DNA of 64,000 nucleotides from the NCBI GenBank assembly GCA_963840455.1, contig CAWIYV010000014.1, positions 160,001 through 224,000 of the forward strand, in the 5' to 3' direction. Below, piece after piece: positions 41,787 to 51,092 of the stretch. The translations under genes were made by a program, and so were the position numbers. The notes beneath the pieces were generated by a model. It was given only the letters and a program-made list of their open reading frames with translations. It had not been told where the DNA came from and ran no database searches. The stretch comes from Nitrospirota bacterium (GTDB taxonomy: Bacteria > Nitrospirota > UBA9217). Numbering within the stretch: the stretch's first letter is position 1; every line of letters begins with the position of its first letter.

Positions 41787-42832
41787 TTATTTCAGGCTCT
41801 TCCAGTATTTCTTCTGGCGGGCGATGATGCTCTGGATGACGCGCTCGGCAGCGGGCGAGTCCATGACGGGCACGGCCCGGGCCGGTCCGGTTAGCGCCTG
41901 AAGGACCGAGCGCACGCCTTCGCGCAGGCCGTCGGGATTGTACCCGCCTTCGAGGGTGAGCAGGACCTTGCCGTTGCAGGTGGCGTTGGCGATGGCGCGG
42001 ACCAGTGAAGGCAATGTTCCCGAACCCGTCGCCGGTCACTTCCATGCCGCCGAGCGGGTCTTTGACATAGGGGTCGAACCCGGCCGAGACGAGCACCAGT
42101 TCCGGCTTGTACTCTAGGGCAATGGGCCTCAGGATGCGTTCATACACGGCGAGGTATTCCGCATCGCCGAAGCCAGACGGGAAGGGTGCGTTCACCGTGA
42201 AGCCTTCGCCCTTGCCGCTGCCGACCTCGTCGAAGCTCCCGGTCCCGGGGTAGTGAGGATACTGGTGGGAGGAAAAGAACAGGACATCCTTGCGGTCATA
42301 AAAGGCCTTCTGGGTGCCGTTCCCGTGGTGGAGGTCCCAGTCCACGATCAGGATGCGCTTCAGGCCATGCTTCTCGATGGCATATTCAGCCGCTATAGCG
42401 ATGTTGTTGAACAGGCAGAAGCCCATGCCGCGGTTGGGCTCGGCGTGGTGGCCAGGAGGGCGGACGAAGGCAAATACCGATTGCGGATTGCGGGTTGCGG
42501 ATTTCGGATTGAGGATCCTGTCAACAGCCTCAAGCAGGCCGCCGGCGGCAAGGCGGGCGATCTCGTATGACCGGGCCGAGAGGCCGGTATCAGCGTCGAG
42601 GCGGGAGAAGGCCCTGCCTTCGGTGTTCGCCACGGTCTGGATGTAGAAGGGATCGTGGACCGACGCATAGCTCGTCCTCAGTGGCGAGACGCGGTTCGAT
42701 GAGGGGCAGGCCGCTGAACTCCTTCGCGATAAGGTCGTGGATCACGCGGAGCCGGTTCGGGCTCTCCGGGTGGCCCTCACCGGCAATGTGCTCCAGGTAC
42801 CGGTCGTCTTTGATGATGGCGAGGGAGCTCAT
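41787..42832 (-). CDS. Histone deacetylase-family protein with two single-base frameshifts (about 42668 and 42008)
   Basis: HPESPNRL, RPPGHHA, GFCLFNN, DWDLHHGNGT, SAGFD, LEGGY spread over three frames. Confidence 0.88.
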
Positions 42833-42845
42833 AGTTCTGAAGGGG

Positions 42846-42922
42846 TGACGCGGAGACGCGGCGAGAAATCTTTCTTGCTGGTACGCCTTGTCCCTTCTCC
42901 CTGTCCCCGTGTCCCCGCGTCA
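42846..42922. repeat. Palindromic element with 8-bp periodic arms
   Basis: tgacgcggagacgcggcgaga ... tccccgtgtccccgcgtca. Confidence 0.75.
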
Positions 42923-43393
42923 GCTCTTTTCCAGCGACTCGATGAATTTCTGGAGCGCCGGCGGGGTCGGCAGTTTCTTTGGAACCGCGGTGCCCGGCGC
43001 ACAAACGGTCAGTACCTTGGTCAGCAGGTCCTTGACGCCGAACTCGAGGACCTCCCGGGCGATCTTCGGCGTCACACCGTCCAGGAGCATGCTCTCGCGG
43101 TACCAGCCTTCTCCCCGCGGGGAAAGGAGCATGCATTCACCATAGTGGAGCGGCCGGGAGGTCGCGCCTTTCTTCAGCGCGATGGCCGAGATGTCCGCCC
43201 GCAGGAGCTGGAGACCCTTGAACGCGGGGTTCGAACAGATGCCGCTTGTCCCGCGGCAAAGGGGATCGAACTTCCTGATGTCGATCCCGCAGCACAGCGC
43301 GTACGCCTTCGGCCCGTGCTCCGGCGCCTGACGGATGATGATGTACAGGTAGTCGTTCTTGTACTCGTAGGAGGCGACACGCGTGATGGCCAC
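42920..43393 (-). CDS. Cys-rich hypothetical protein, paralogue 2
   Basis: RVASYEYKNDY, LCCGI, GICSNPAFKGLQ shared with the upstream gene. Confidence 0.85.
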   Translation of the reverse strand: MAITRVASYEYKNDYLYIIIRQAPEHGPKAYALCCGIDIRKFDPLCRGTSGICSNPAFKGLQLLRADISAIALKKGATSRPLHYGECMLLSPRGEGWYRESMLLDGVTPKIAREVLEFGVKDLLTKVLTVCAPGTAVPKKLPTPPALQKFIESLEKS

Positions 43394-43466
43394 GATCTGT
43401 TGACCGCCTTTCAGTGAGGAAGGGAACGGTTTTCGGGGTGCTGCGCCTCAGGAGGATCTCCGGGCG

Positions 43467-44000
43467 CTACCGGCTGCCCTGGGGCTTTGCGATCGGCGGC
43501 GGGGCGGCCTCCCGGTAGTTCTTCACATTGAGCTTATCCAGGAACTTCTGCATTGCAGGCGAGGTCGGAAGCTTGGCCGGGACCCTGGCATCGGGGGCGC
43601 AGACCGTCAGGACCGTCTTGACGAGGTCCAGAACGCTGAACTCCAGGATCTTTTTGATATCCTTCGGTGACGCTTGCTCGATCAGGAGGGGGGTCTCACG
43701 ATACCATCCGTTGCCCACCGGCGGCGTGATAGAGCCGCACGGGAACTGCTCCGCATTTTTCGAACTGAGACCCAGCTTAAGGACGAACGAGGAGACGTCG
43801 GCCCGCAGCTGCTGGAGGCCCTTGAACGCCGGGTTCGAGCAGATCCCCGCTTTCCCCCAGCAGATAGGATCGAAACGCGGCATGTTGATGCCGCAGCAGA
43901 GAACATAGGCCTGCGCTCCCAGTTCCGGCGCCTGGCGCAGGATGATGTAGTAGTAATCGTTCTTGTGCTCGTACGATGCGACGCGCTGCATGGCTGACAT
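43467..44000 (-). CDS. Cys-rich hypothetical protein, paralogue 1
   Basis: RVASYEHKNDY, LCCGI, GICSNPAFKGLQ shared with the downstream gene. Confidence 0.85.
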   Translation of the reverse strand: MSAMQRVASYEHKNDYYYIILRQAPELGAQAYVLCCGINMPRFDPICWGKAGICSNPAFKGLQQLRADVSSFVLKLGLSSKNAEQFPCGSITPPVGNGWYRETPLLIEQASPKDIKKILEFSVLDLVKTVLTVCAPDARVPAKLPTSPAMQKFLDKLNVKNYREAAPPPIAKPQGSR

Positions 44001-44079
44001 GATGGCTACCGCACTTCTGCTGGAATAGTGAGCGGTCCCCGCTCATGGTCGAACAGCCGGGGCCGCTGCAGGCTCATGG

Positions 44080-44421
44080 CTACTGGGCCGTCTTGGATTT
44101 GGTCGTCTTTTTCTTGGTGCTCTTGGCTGCAGGCTTCTTTTTGTCAGCAGGTTTCGCCTTGGGCTTGGCCTTGCATTCCTCCAGGGCCTTCTTGTACCTT
44201 TCCGACTCCTGGGTCCGCTCTTCGAGCCACTGGGAGAGCTTCGTATTGTCCAGCTTCAGGGCCTCCACTTCCTTGAGCGCCGCGTCGCGCTGGGTCCGTG
44301 CTTTGTTGCCGTACACGAAACTGATGATGAGAAGGATCGTGACCACTGCCGCCAGGGAGATGAAGATCAGCTTTGACTTCTGTGCCTCGTCGATGCTGCC
44401 GCGTTCCGGTCTGCTTTCCAT
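44080..44421 (-). CDS. Hypothetical single-TM coiled-coil protein with Lys-rich tail
   Basis: AAGGAG RBS, TM helix, coiled coil. Confidence 0.75.
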   Translation of the reverse strand: MESRPERGSIDEAQKSKLIFISLAAVVTILLIISFVYGNKARTQRDAALKEVEALKLDNTKLSQWLEERTQESERYKKALEECKAKPKAKPADKKKPAAKSTKKKTTKSKTAQ

Positions 44422-44473
44422 TTTATTATCACTCCTTCTTCGAAAGATGGGTAAGTTACATGCAGGTCAAACG

Positions 44474-44574
44474 CTTTATCACGAATGTTACGAATAAGAA
44501 CGAATAGCACGAATACTGACTTGAATAGGGCGTCATTCGTGTCATTTGTACCATTCGTGTAATTCGTGTTAAAG
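44474..44574. repeat. Palindromic element with 9-bp CACGAAT arms
   Basis: acgaat x4 then attcgt-like x4; ctttatcacg/cgtgttaaag ends. Confidence 0.85.
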
Positions 44575-44590
44575 AGTTTAGATCGTTGTG

Positions 44591-45103
44591 TTAGTGATAC
44601 CGCTTCACTTCGAACCGGAACAGGGTGACGGTTGTGCCCGGAGGGATGCCGGCCTTCTGCATGGCGATGCCGACCTGTTCCTCCACGGTGTCCACGCCCT
44701 CGATGTCCGGCAGAAGGAGGCCCCGCCTGCCGCCCGCCTTGACGATGACGCCGTAGCGCTTGGCGTCCAGGTCCGAGAGGCTGTTCACCTGTTCGGGAGC
44801 GGTGAGCACATCAACGGAATATTCCAGGCGCTCAAGCTCTGCGGGCCTGACCGGGCTGAACCGGGGGTCGCACGTGGCCGAGCTGATGGCGTTTCGGATG
44901 ACCTCGTTCGCGATGTCTCGTTCGCAGGGCTCGAACGTGCCGATGCATCCCCGGAGACCGCCCCGCACCTTGAGGGACACGAAGACGCCGGCTCTATCCT
45001 TCATTTCCTGCGTGAGGTCCTCGTCGCGCATGTTCAGGACCTTTCGCTCGCGAACATAGAGCTCGATGGTTTCCTTTGCAAGCTTGACGATCGGATGCAT
45101 CAC
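44591..45103 (-). CDS. AMMECR1-domain protein (AmmeMemoRadiSam protein A-like)
   Basis: GVFVSL, LRGCIGT, DPRFSPV, SVDVL, GLLLP. Confidence 0.92.
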   Translation of the reverse strand: MMHPIVKLAKETIELYVRERKVLNMRDEDLTQEMKDRAGVFVSLKVRGGLRGCIGTFEPCERDIANEVIRNAISSATCDPRFSPVRPAELERLEYSVDVLTAPEQVNSLSDLDAKRYGVIVKAGGRRGLLLPDIEGVDTVEEQVGIAMQKAGIPPGTTVTLFRFEVKRYH

Positions 45104-46083
45104 ATCTCCCGCTGCACCACGTAGTCCGCCAGCGCCATGAGCGCCTGACGCGGGGGCGAATCAGGGAAGAGGTTGAGGGCCGCCTTGGCCTCATCGGACA
45201 GTGTCTGGGCGACCTTGAGCGCCTCATCGACGGCACCGTGCTTCGCCATGAGGCCCAGGGTGTAAGTAAGGTCGTTCTCGGTAACGGCGTCGGCCTGCAG
45301 AATGCTCCTCAGGGCTTCCTGTTCGGCCGGCTCCGCCTTGCGCATGAGATAGATCAGGGGCAGGGTGACCTTGCCTTCGTCAAGGTCCTTGCCGAGCTCC
45401 TTGCCGAGCTGCTTCTGGTCAGCCGCGTAGTCCAGCGTGTCGTCGGTGATCTGGAAGGCGAGGCCCAGCTTCTTGCCGTAGGCCGTGAGGGCGTCCTCCT
45501 GGGAAAGGGGGGCCTTGCTGATGATGGCGCCGAGTCGACAGGCCGCGGAGATGAGCACGCCGGTCTTGCACTCCACGAGCCGGAAGTAGTCCGCCTCGGC
45601 CATGTCCGCGTTCTGGATCTGCATGAGCTGCAGCACCTCGCCCTCGGACATGGTGGTGGTCGTTTCGGAGAGGACGTCCATGACCCGCTGGTTGTGAAGA
45701 CGAACGCCGTGGAACAGGGCCTTGGAGTAGAGGTAATCGCCGACGAGGATGCTTGCCTGGTTGCCCCAGATCGTGTTCGCTGAAGAGCGGCCCCGCCGGA
45801 CCTTGGCCTCATCGATCACGTCGTCATGCAGGAGCGAGGCCGTGTGGATGTATTCCACGACGCTGCCCAGAACGTACTCGCCGCTGTGTTCCCGGTACCC
45901 GCAAAGCCGGGCTGACAAGAGGTGCAGGAGCGGCCGGAAACGCTTGCCGCCGGCCCCCAGGATGTATTTGCTGACCTGGCGGATGAGCGGCACATCGGTG
46001 CCCAGGCTCTCATGGATCCGCGACTCCATGCGCTCCATGTCGGATTTGTATTCCTTGAGGATGTCCTGAAGGGTCGTGATCAT
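45100..46083 (-). CDS. ispB: Polyprenyl diphosphate synthase
   Basis: [15 protein letters not shown]...[20 protein letters not shown]. Confidence 0.9.
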   Translation of the reverse strand: MITTLQDILKEYKSDMERMESRIHESLGTDVPLIRQVSKYILGAGGKRFRPLLHLLSARLCGYREHSGEYVLGSVVEYIHTASLLHDDVIDEAKVRRGRSSANTIWGNQASILVGDYLYSKALFHGVRLHNQRVMDVLSETTTTMSEGEVLQLMQIQNADMAEADYFRLVECKTGVLISAACRLGAIISKAPLSQEDALTAYGKKLGLAFQITDDTLDYAADQKQLGKELGKDLDEGKVTLPLIYLMRKAEPAEQEALRSILQADAVTENDLTYTLGLMAKHGAVDEALKVAQTLSDEAKAALNLFPDSPPRQALMALADYVVQREM

Positions 46084-46348
46084 CGAGGTGTTCCCAGGGG
46101 AAAACTGCTTGAATAATAGGGGAGAATCCGAGGAAAGTCAAGGGATTTGGGGTGGACATCTGCACACCAGGCGGCGTCGTACTATGTCGTAATATATTGT
46201 CATACCGTTGCGGCTGCGGTATTATAAAAAAAGTATCTTCTCCTTATTGAGTGGGCAAAAAGACGGTTCTTTGTCAGTTAGAGCAGCACGTGTCTGGCTA
46301 TTGCACCTGTTTGCTGGGGATGTTTTTGCACATCCCTTTCGCGTCCTT

Positions 46349-46430
46349 AATCCAGGAGCGAGCGCATAGCGAGCGGTTAGAATAGCAACTTCCTTGAGGA
46401 TCGGAGACCCCTGCAGTGTGTTGCAGGGGG
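46349..46430 (+). mobile_element. Hairpin MITE copy 1
   Basis: aatccaggagcgagcg...gaggatcg...cccctgca/tgcagggg. Confidence 0.7.
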
Positions 46431-46678
46431 CGACAATGCCTTTCTTGACCCATCTAAGGCCACGTCCGCTCGATCGCGCAAACTCGGCCTTCGGCCTCAA
46501 ACACCCTGCACTCGCGCATGCGCACTCGTAAGCGCTGGGTGCAGGCAGTGCGCATCGCCCTGCGGGACGCGGCCTTAGGCCAAGATGGGTGCCCAAGAAA
46601 CGCATAGGTCCGCTTCAGAGACGTGCCGAGTTTGGGTAAAGCCTCAAGCTTCTGCCTCTCCCAAGGCCCCTGCATCCC

Positions 46679-46770
46679 AGTGAATCCAGGAGCGAGCGCT
46701 TAGCGAGCGATTAGAATAAACACTACCCTGAGGATCGAAGCTCCAAGCATTTAGCAGCTGGGAGCTTTAA
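46679..46770 (+). mobile_element. Hairpin MITE copy 2
   Basis: 67 nt identical to 56445-56511. Confidence 0.8.
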
Positions 46771-47009
46771 CAGGTCCGCGCACACGCATGCGGAAGCAAC
46801 AACAGCCAGTGCCACCACGAAGACAGGCAGACACGGCCGAGGCCGGCCGTGCCGGGCGAGGGGAAGAGCTGCTATGCCTGAAAAAGCCCGGTATCAGAAC
46901 CGGCAGTGCATGCCTGCGCGGACCTGTGAGCCGGGGTGCAGAAAAATAATCATCGCCGTGCATACTCGACCCACTTGCGAATGAGAAGACCCAAAATAAA
47001 AAAGCCATC

Positions 47010-48437
47010 ATGAACATCCTCCTGATCAGCACGAACCGGAATGCCCTGCCCATGCCGGTGATGCCCATCGGCGCCTGCATGGTGGCCGAGGCCTGCGAGC
47101 GCGCAGGCCATCGCGTCACGCTCCTGGACCTCATGTTCGAGCGGGAACCGCTCGCCGCGGTGCGGAGCGTGGCCCGGTCGTCCCGGCCCGATGTCGTGGG
47201 CTTGTCGGTGCGGAACATCGACAATAACGACATGCGGGACACGGTGTTCTTTCTCGAGGACCTCCGCACTATTGTACATGCGGTGCGTGAGCAGAGCAAC
47301 GCACCGGTTGTCCTGGGCGGCGCTGCCCTGGCGGTCATGCCTGAGGCGATCCTGCGGTTCTCGGAGGTCTCCTGCGCCGTGCTCGGCGACGGAGAGAAGG
47401 TCTTTCCCCTGCTCCTGGAGCGCATCTCCGAAGGGGAGCCGTTCGGCGATGTGCCCGGCATCGCCTATCTCGACCATGAGGGTTTTAACAGCACGCCCTG
47501 TCCCGACGGGGGCGGAAGGGCGGAATGCGGCGCGCCCGACTACGGCCGCTGGGTGAACGTCGCCGCGTACCGTTCCCAGCTTGCCACAGCGCCGCTCCAG
47601 ACCAAGCTGGGATGCGCATTCCAGTGCGTCTACTGCACCTACCGAAAGATCGAGGGGAATGGTCACCGGCTGGCCGAGCCCGCGGCCGTGGCCGATGCCG
47701 TGGCACGGCTCGCAGCATCGGGGCTCAGGGACATCGAGCTGGTGGACAGCGTGTTCAATGCTCCCTATGACCACGCCCGGGCGGTGTGCGGCGCACTGGC
47801 AGGTGCGAAGCATGGCGCGCGGCTCCAGAGCCTGGAGCTGAACCCGCGGGCATTCGACGACGAACTGGTCGCTGACATGGAACGTGCAGGGTTCGTGGGC
47901 ATGGGGCTGACGGTGGAGAGCGCGTCCGATGTCGTGCTCGCGGGCCTGCGCAAGGGCTTCACCACCAGGGAAGTGCACCATGCCGCTGACGTGGTGCGGA
48001 GGCACGACCTCCCCTGCGCCTGGATCTTTCTGCTTGGCGGGCCGGGCGAAACGCAGGAAACGGTCCGGGAGACTCTTCGCTTTGCCGAGAGCCGCACCCG
48101 GCCCCAGGATGTGGTATTCTTCAACATCGGCATTCGCGTCTATCCGGGCACGGAGCTGGAATCCATCGCCCGGCGGGAAGGAGTCCTTACCGCTTCACCG
48201 GAGAACATGCTCTCCCCGGTGTTCTATGTATCGCCCGACGTCGATGCCGGCTGGATGATGAACGAGGTCAGGCGGTCCATGGGCAGCCACATGAACTTCA
48301 TCAATACTGACTCCATCGGGCTTTCCATCCTGCCATCGGTCCATCGCATTGCCTACCGATTGGGCGTGCGGCCGCCGTTATGGCGCCATACTCGGTTCAT
48401 CCGCAGGATCCTTCGGCTAGCGGGGATGGATGTGTGA
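47010..48437 (+). CDS. Cobalamin-binding radical SAM protein
   Basis: N-terminal B12-binding domain (VGLSVRNIDN, VVLGG), CAFQCVYC motif, GGPGET. Confidence 0.92.
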   Translation: MNILLISTNRNALPMPVMPIGACMVAEACERAGHRVTLLDLMFEREPLAAVRSVARSSRPDVVGLSVRNIDNNDMRDTVFFLEDLRTIVHAVREQSNAPVVLGGAALAVMPEAILRFSEVSCAVLGDGEKVFPLLLERISEGEPFGDVPGIAYLDHEGFNSTPCPDGGGRAECGAPDYGRWVNVAAYRSQLATAPLQTKLGCAFQCVYCTYRKIEGNGHRLAEPAAVADAVARLAASGLRDIELVDSVFNAPYDHARAVCGALAGAKHGARLQSLELNPRAFDDELVADMERAGFVGMGLTVESASDVVLAGLRKGFTTREVHHAADVVRRHDLPCAWIFLLGGPGETQETVRETLRFAESRTRPQDVVFFNIGIRVYPGTELESIARREGVLTASPENMLSPVFYVSPDVDAGWMMNEVRRSMGSHMNFINTDSIGLSILPSVHRIAYRLGVRPPLWRHTRFIRRILRLAGMDV

Positions 48438-48472
48438 GGCAGGGTCAGGAGTCAGGGGAAGCCCAACATCCA

Positions 48473-49621
48473 ATGCTCAAAGAAAAGAACAACAATACCT
48501 CCATTGTATCCTTCGCGACCGCGGTCCCGAAGTATCACTGCGATCAAGGCTTTGCCGAAGAGTTCATGAAGAAGCACTTTGGCAACAGGCTGAACAGCCG
48601 GAGCATGGGGCTCATCCGTACCATCTTCTCCCACCCGAGCATCCAAAAGCGCCATTTTGCCATTGATGATCCGTCGTGCCTCGTGGACGAGGACCCGGAC
48701 CGCCGTATCGAACGGTTCACCGAGCAGTCCATCGAACTGTCCGCGCAAGCGATCGGGTCGGCGCTGGAGAAGGCCGGCATCGGCGTGAAGGATGTGTCGG
48801 GCATCGTGGTGAACACCTGCACGGGATACATCTGTCCGGGCATCTCGACCTACCTGATCGAGCGCCTTGGCCTGTCGCGGAGCGTCCGCGCCTTCGATAT
48901 GGTCGGGAGCGGCTGCGGCGGGGCGATCCCGAACCTCCAGGCTGCGGAATCACTTGCGAAGACCATGGGCGGCGCAGTGCTCAGCGTATCCGTCGAGATC
49001 TGCAGCGCAACGCTCCAGATGGACAATGACCTGGACCTGATCCTTTCGAACGCCCTCTTCGGCGACGGGGCTGCCGCGGCCGTGGTCCGGGACAGCCGAG
49101 AAGGATGGGAGATGGTCGCGTCGGCAGGGAGGTACGTGCCGGAACAGCGAGAGACCATCCGGTATGTCCATAAGAAGGGCCAGCTCCACAACCAGCTTTC
49201 GCTCAAGCTGCCGGAGCTCGTGAAGAAGGCCGCGGCAGAGGTCGTGGGGGAGGTGCTTTCGTCCCAGGGCCTGAGCGCAGGCGACGTGAAGCACTGGGCG
49301 CTGCACACGGGCGGGGAGAAGATCATCAATGCTGTCCGGGACGAGATCGGCATCGCCGAGGAGCGGCTGGCACCGACGCGCAAGGTCCTTTTAGAATACG
49401 GAAACATGTCGTCGCCCACTGTCTGGTTCGTGCTGGACGAGGTCCAGAAGAACGGCGTGGCTTCCGGCGACTGGTGCGTCATGGTTGCCTACGGCGCGGG
49501 CCTGTCGGCGCACGCGTATCTCCTGGGAAAGGCGATGCCGCGACAGTTTTCAGCATTAGCCCCCTTCCTCGTTTCTTATTCTTGCCATTTACTTTTCATT
49601 ATAGTATTCTCTTCCTCATAA
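48473..49621 (+). CDS. Type III polyketide synthase
   Basis: Catalytic Cys (GSGCGG), His (LHTGG), Asn (YGNMSS); ALFGDGAAA; atypical AT-rich tail. Confidence 0.93.
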   Translation: MLKEKNNNTSIVSFATAVPKYHCDQGFAEEFMKKHFGNRLNSRSMGLIRTIFSHPSIQKRHFAIDDPSCLVDEDPDRRIERFTEQSIELSAQAIGSALEKAGIGVKDVSGIVVNTCTGYICPGISTYLIERLGLSRSVRAFDMVGSGCGGAIPNLQAAESLAKTMGGAVLSVSVEICSATLQMDNDLDLILSNALFGDGAAAAVVRDSREGWEMVASAGRYVPEQRETIRYVHKKGQLHNQLSLKLPELVKKAAAEVVGEVLSSQGLSAGDVKHWALHTGGEKIINAVRDEIGIAEERLAPTRKVLLEYGNMSSPTVWFVLDEVQKNGVASGDWCVMVAYGAGLSAHAYLLGKAMPRQFSALAPFLVSYSCHLLFIIVFSSS

Positions 49622-49654
49622 TGAAGGCAACTTGAAGGCGAACGAGGATGCACG

Positions 49655-50035
49655 ATGCCGATCAATTCGGACAAACCGCATTTATGGAAAGCCGACGTAG
49701 CCCAGTCGATCGATTTCTATAACGACTGGTTCCTTCGCTTCGCCCCCGGCACTTACCGCAAGCAGCGCATCATCCGCACAAAAGAAGTTATCGACACCTT
49801 CGAAAAAACCTACAACCTATCCCAGATCACGCCTAATGTTCTGAAGGAAAGCCCCGGAATCCTGCCCATCCTCCGTATGGTCACTGCACCGCCCCTAGCA
49901 AGAGACCGCCTTATTGGACTTGCTCACCTCAACAAGGCAATGATCGGCGCGATGGAAGGCAGCGAAGACAAACCACCGAGACTGCCGGTCCGCATGGACA
50001 AGGCCGACCTTGATGAGGGATTGCAGCGCATAAAC
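49655..50035 (+). pseudogene. N-terminal fragment of XamI-like restriction endonuclease
   Basis: INSDKPHLWKADVAQSIDFYNDWFLRFAP, LRMVTAPPLARDRLIGLA recalled as XamI family; truncated with no methylase. Confidence 0.65.
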
Positions 50036-50145
50036 CGAGGATCGTTAGTTACGGTGAAATCAAGTTTTACCCAAGTGGATAGAAATAATCTCAAACCTTT
50101 TGAGATTTTTGTTCCGGCTTGTCCGGGTTAGGATATAATTTATCC

Positions 50146-50925
50146 ATGTCCACCACAAGGAACACCGAGAACTGCATGGTCTGCGGCGAAAAACTTGATT
50201 ACCTGCAGACTGCCGTGGACGTCTCCTGCACGTACTGCGGGGCATCCTTTCATGCGCACATCAAGTGTCCGAAGGGCCACTCTGTCTGCGATCTCTGCCA
50301 CGGCAAGGAAGCGCGCGCCCTCATCGAGGGTCTTGCCTTGAGCTCGACATCCCCGGACCCCGTGGAGATCGCCGAGTTGATGATGGCCCTTCCTCAGCTG
50401 CCCATGCTCTCATGCGACCATGCCTCTATCGCGGCTGGCGCGCTCATGGCTGCGCTCAGGAACTCGCCCTACGGATCGAAGATCGGGGAGGCGGAGGTCC
50501 GGGAGGCTTTTTCCCGGACCGGGAAGCAGGCGCACGGCGGTTATTGCGGCCTCACCGGCGTGTGCGGCGTCGCGCCGGCCATCGGCGCGGTCGTCTCGAT
50601 CTTCCTCGGCGCATGCTGCGGATCGGACCGGGAGCAAAAGATCGTGATGGAAGCGGTCACGCGGGTCTCTCAGGCCATCACGGACCTGACGGGACCAAGC
50701 TGCTGCAAGGCCTATGTGCGCGCGGCGCTTACGGTCGCGGTCCCGATGTTCTCCGAGAAGTTCGGTATCGTCCTGCCGGTGAAGAATTCGTCGGTCGTCT
50801 GCAACCACAGCGAGAAACACCCACACGGATGCCGCGAGGAGCAATGCCCATACTACCGGAAACCGTCGAAGGACCTCTTCGCCGGATCGAAGTTCGTGCC
50901 CGGAACCATTGCCTGCGTCACCTGA
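50146..50925 (+). CDS. DUF5714-like Cys-rich protein
   Basis: CMVCG, CTYCG, CPKGHSVCDLCH, GGYCGLTGVCG, GPSCCK, terminal C..C..CPYY. Confidence 0.8.
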   Translation: MSTTRNTENCMVCGEKLDYLQTAVDVSCTYCGASFHAHIKCPKGHSVCDLCHGKEARALIEGLALSSTSPDPVEIAELMMALPQLPMLSCDHASIAAGALMAALRNSPYGSKIGEAEVREAFSRTGKQAHGGYCGLTGVCGVAPAIGAVVSIFLGACCGSDREQKIVMEAVTRVSQAITDLTGPSCCKAYVRAALTVAVPMFSEKFGIVLPVKNSSVVCNHSEKHPHGCREEQCPYYRKPSKDLFAGSKFVPGTIACVT

Positions 50926-50931
50926 AAGCCC

Positions 50932-50956
50932 TGAACCCGCCCCGGAGGGGCGGTTC
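50932..50956 (+). terminator. GC-rich hairpin after stop codon
   Basis: gaacccgcccc-gga-ggggcggttc; weak T tract. Confidence 0.4.
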
Positions 50957-50959
50957 GGG

Positions 50960-51086
50960 ATTCAAAATTCAAGATTCGATATTCAATAAAACGGCATGGA
51001 GATCCTGAGAAGCGGAATTCAAGATTTGACATTCAAAATGCCACAAGGATGAAAAGTTACGCTCTTGAATCTTGAATATTGAATCT
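50960..51086. repeat. Heptamer-armed inverted repeat
   Basis: attcaaa-attcaag-attcgat-attcaat ... cttgaat-cttgaat-attgaat. Confidence 0.75.
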
Positions 51087-51092
51087 TTAACG

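Noticed and set aside
44474-44574. Short periodic repeats considered as a CRISPR array
   Set aside because: 9-bp units in inverted arms, no unique 30-40 bp spacers, no cas genes
46222-46675. Minus-strand ORFs of 127 and 73 aa
   Set aside because: Run through MITE copies and palindromes; composition not protein-like
46788-46949. 53-aa ORF upstream of the radical SAM gene as a possible RiPP precursor
   Set aside because: No clear RBS or leader/core pattern; the rSAM is better explained by the adjacent PKS
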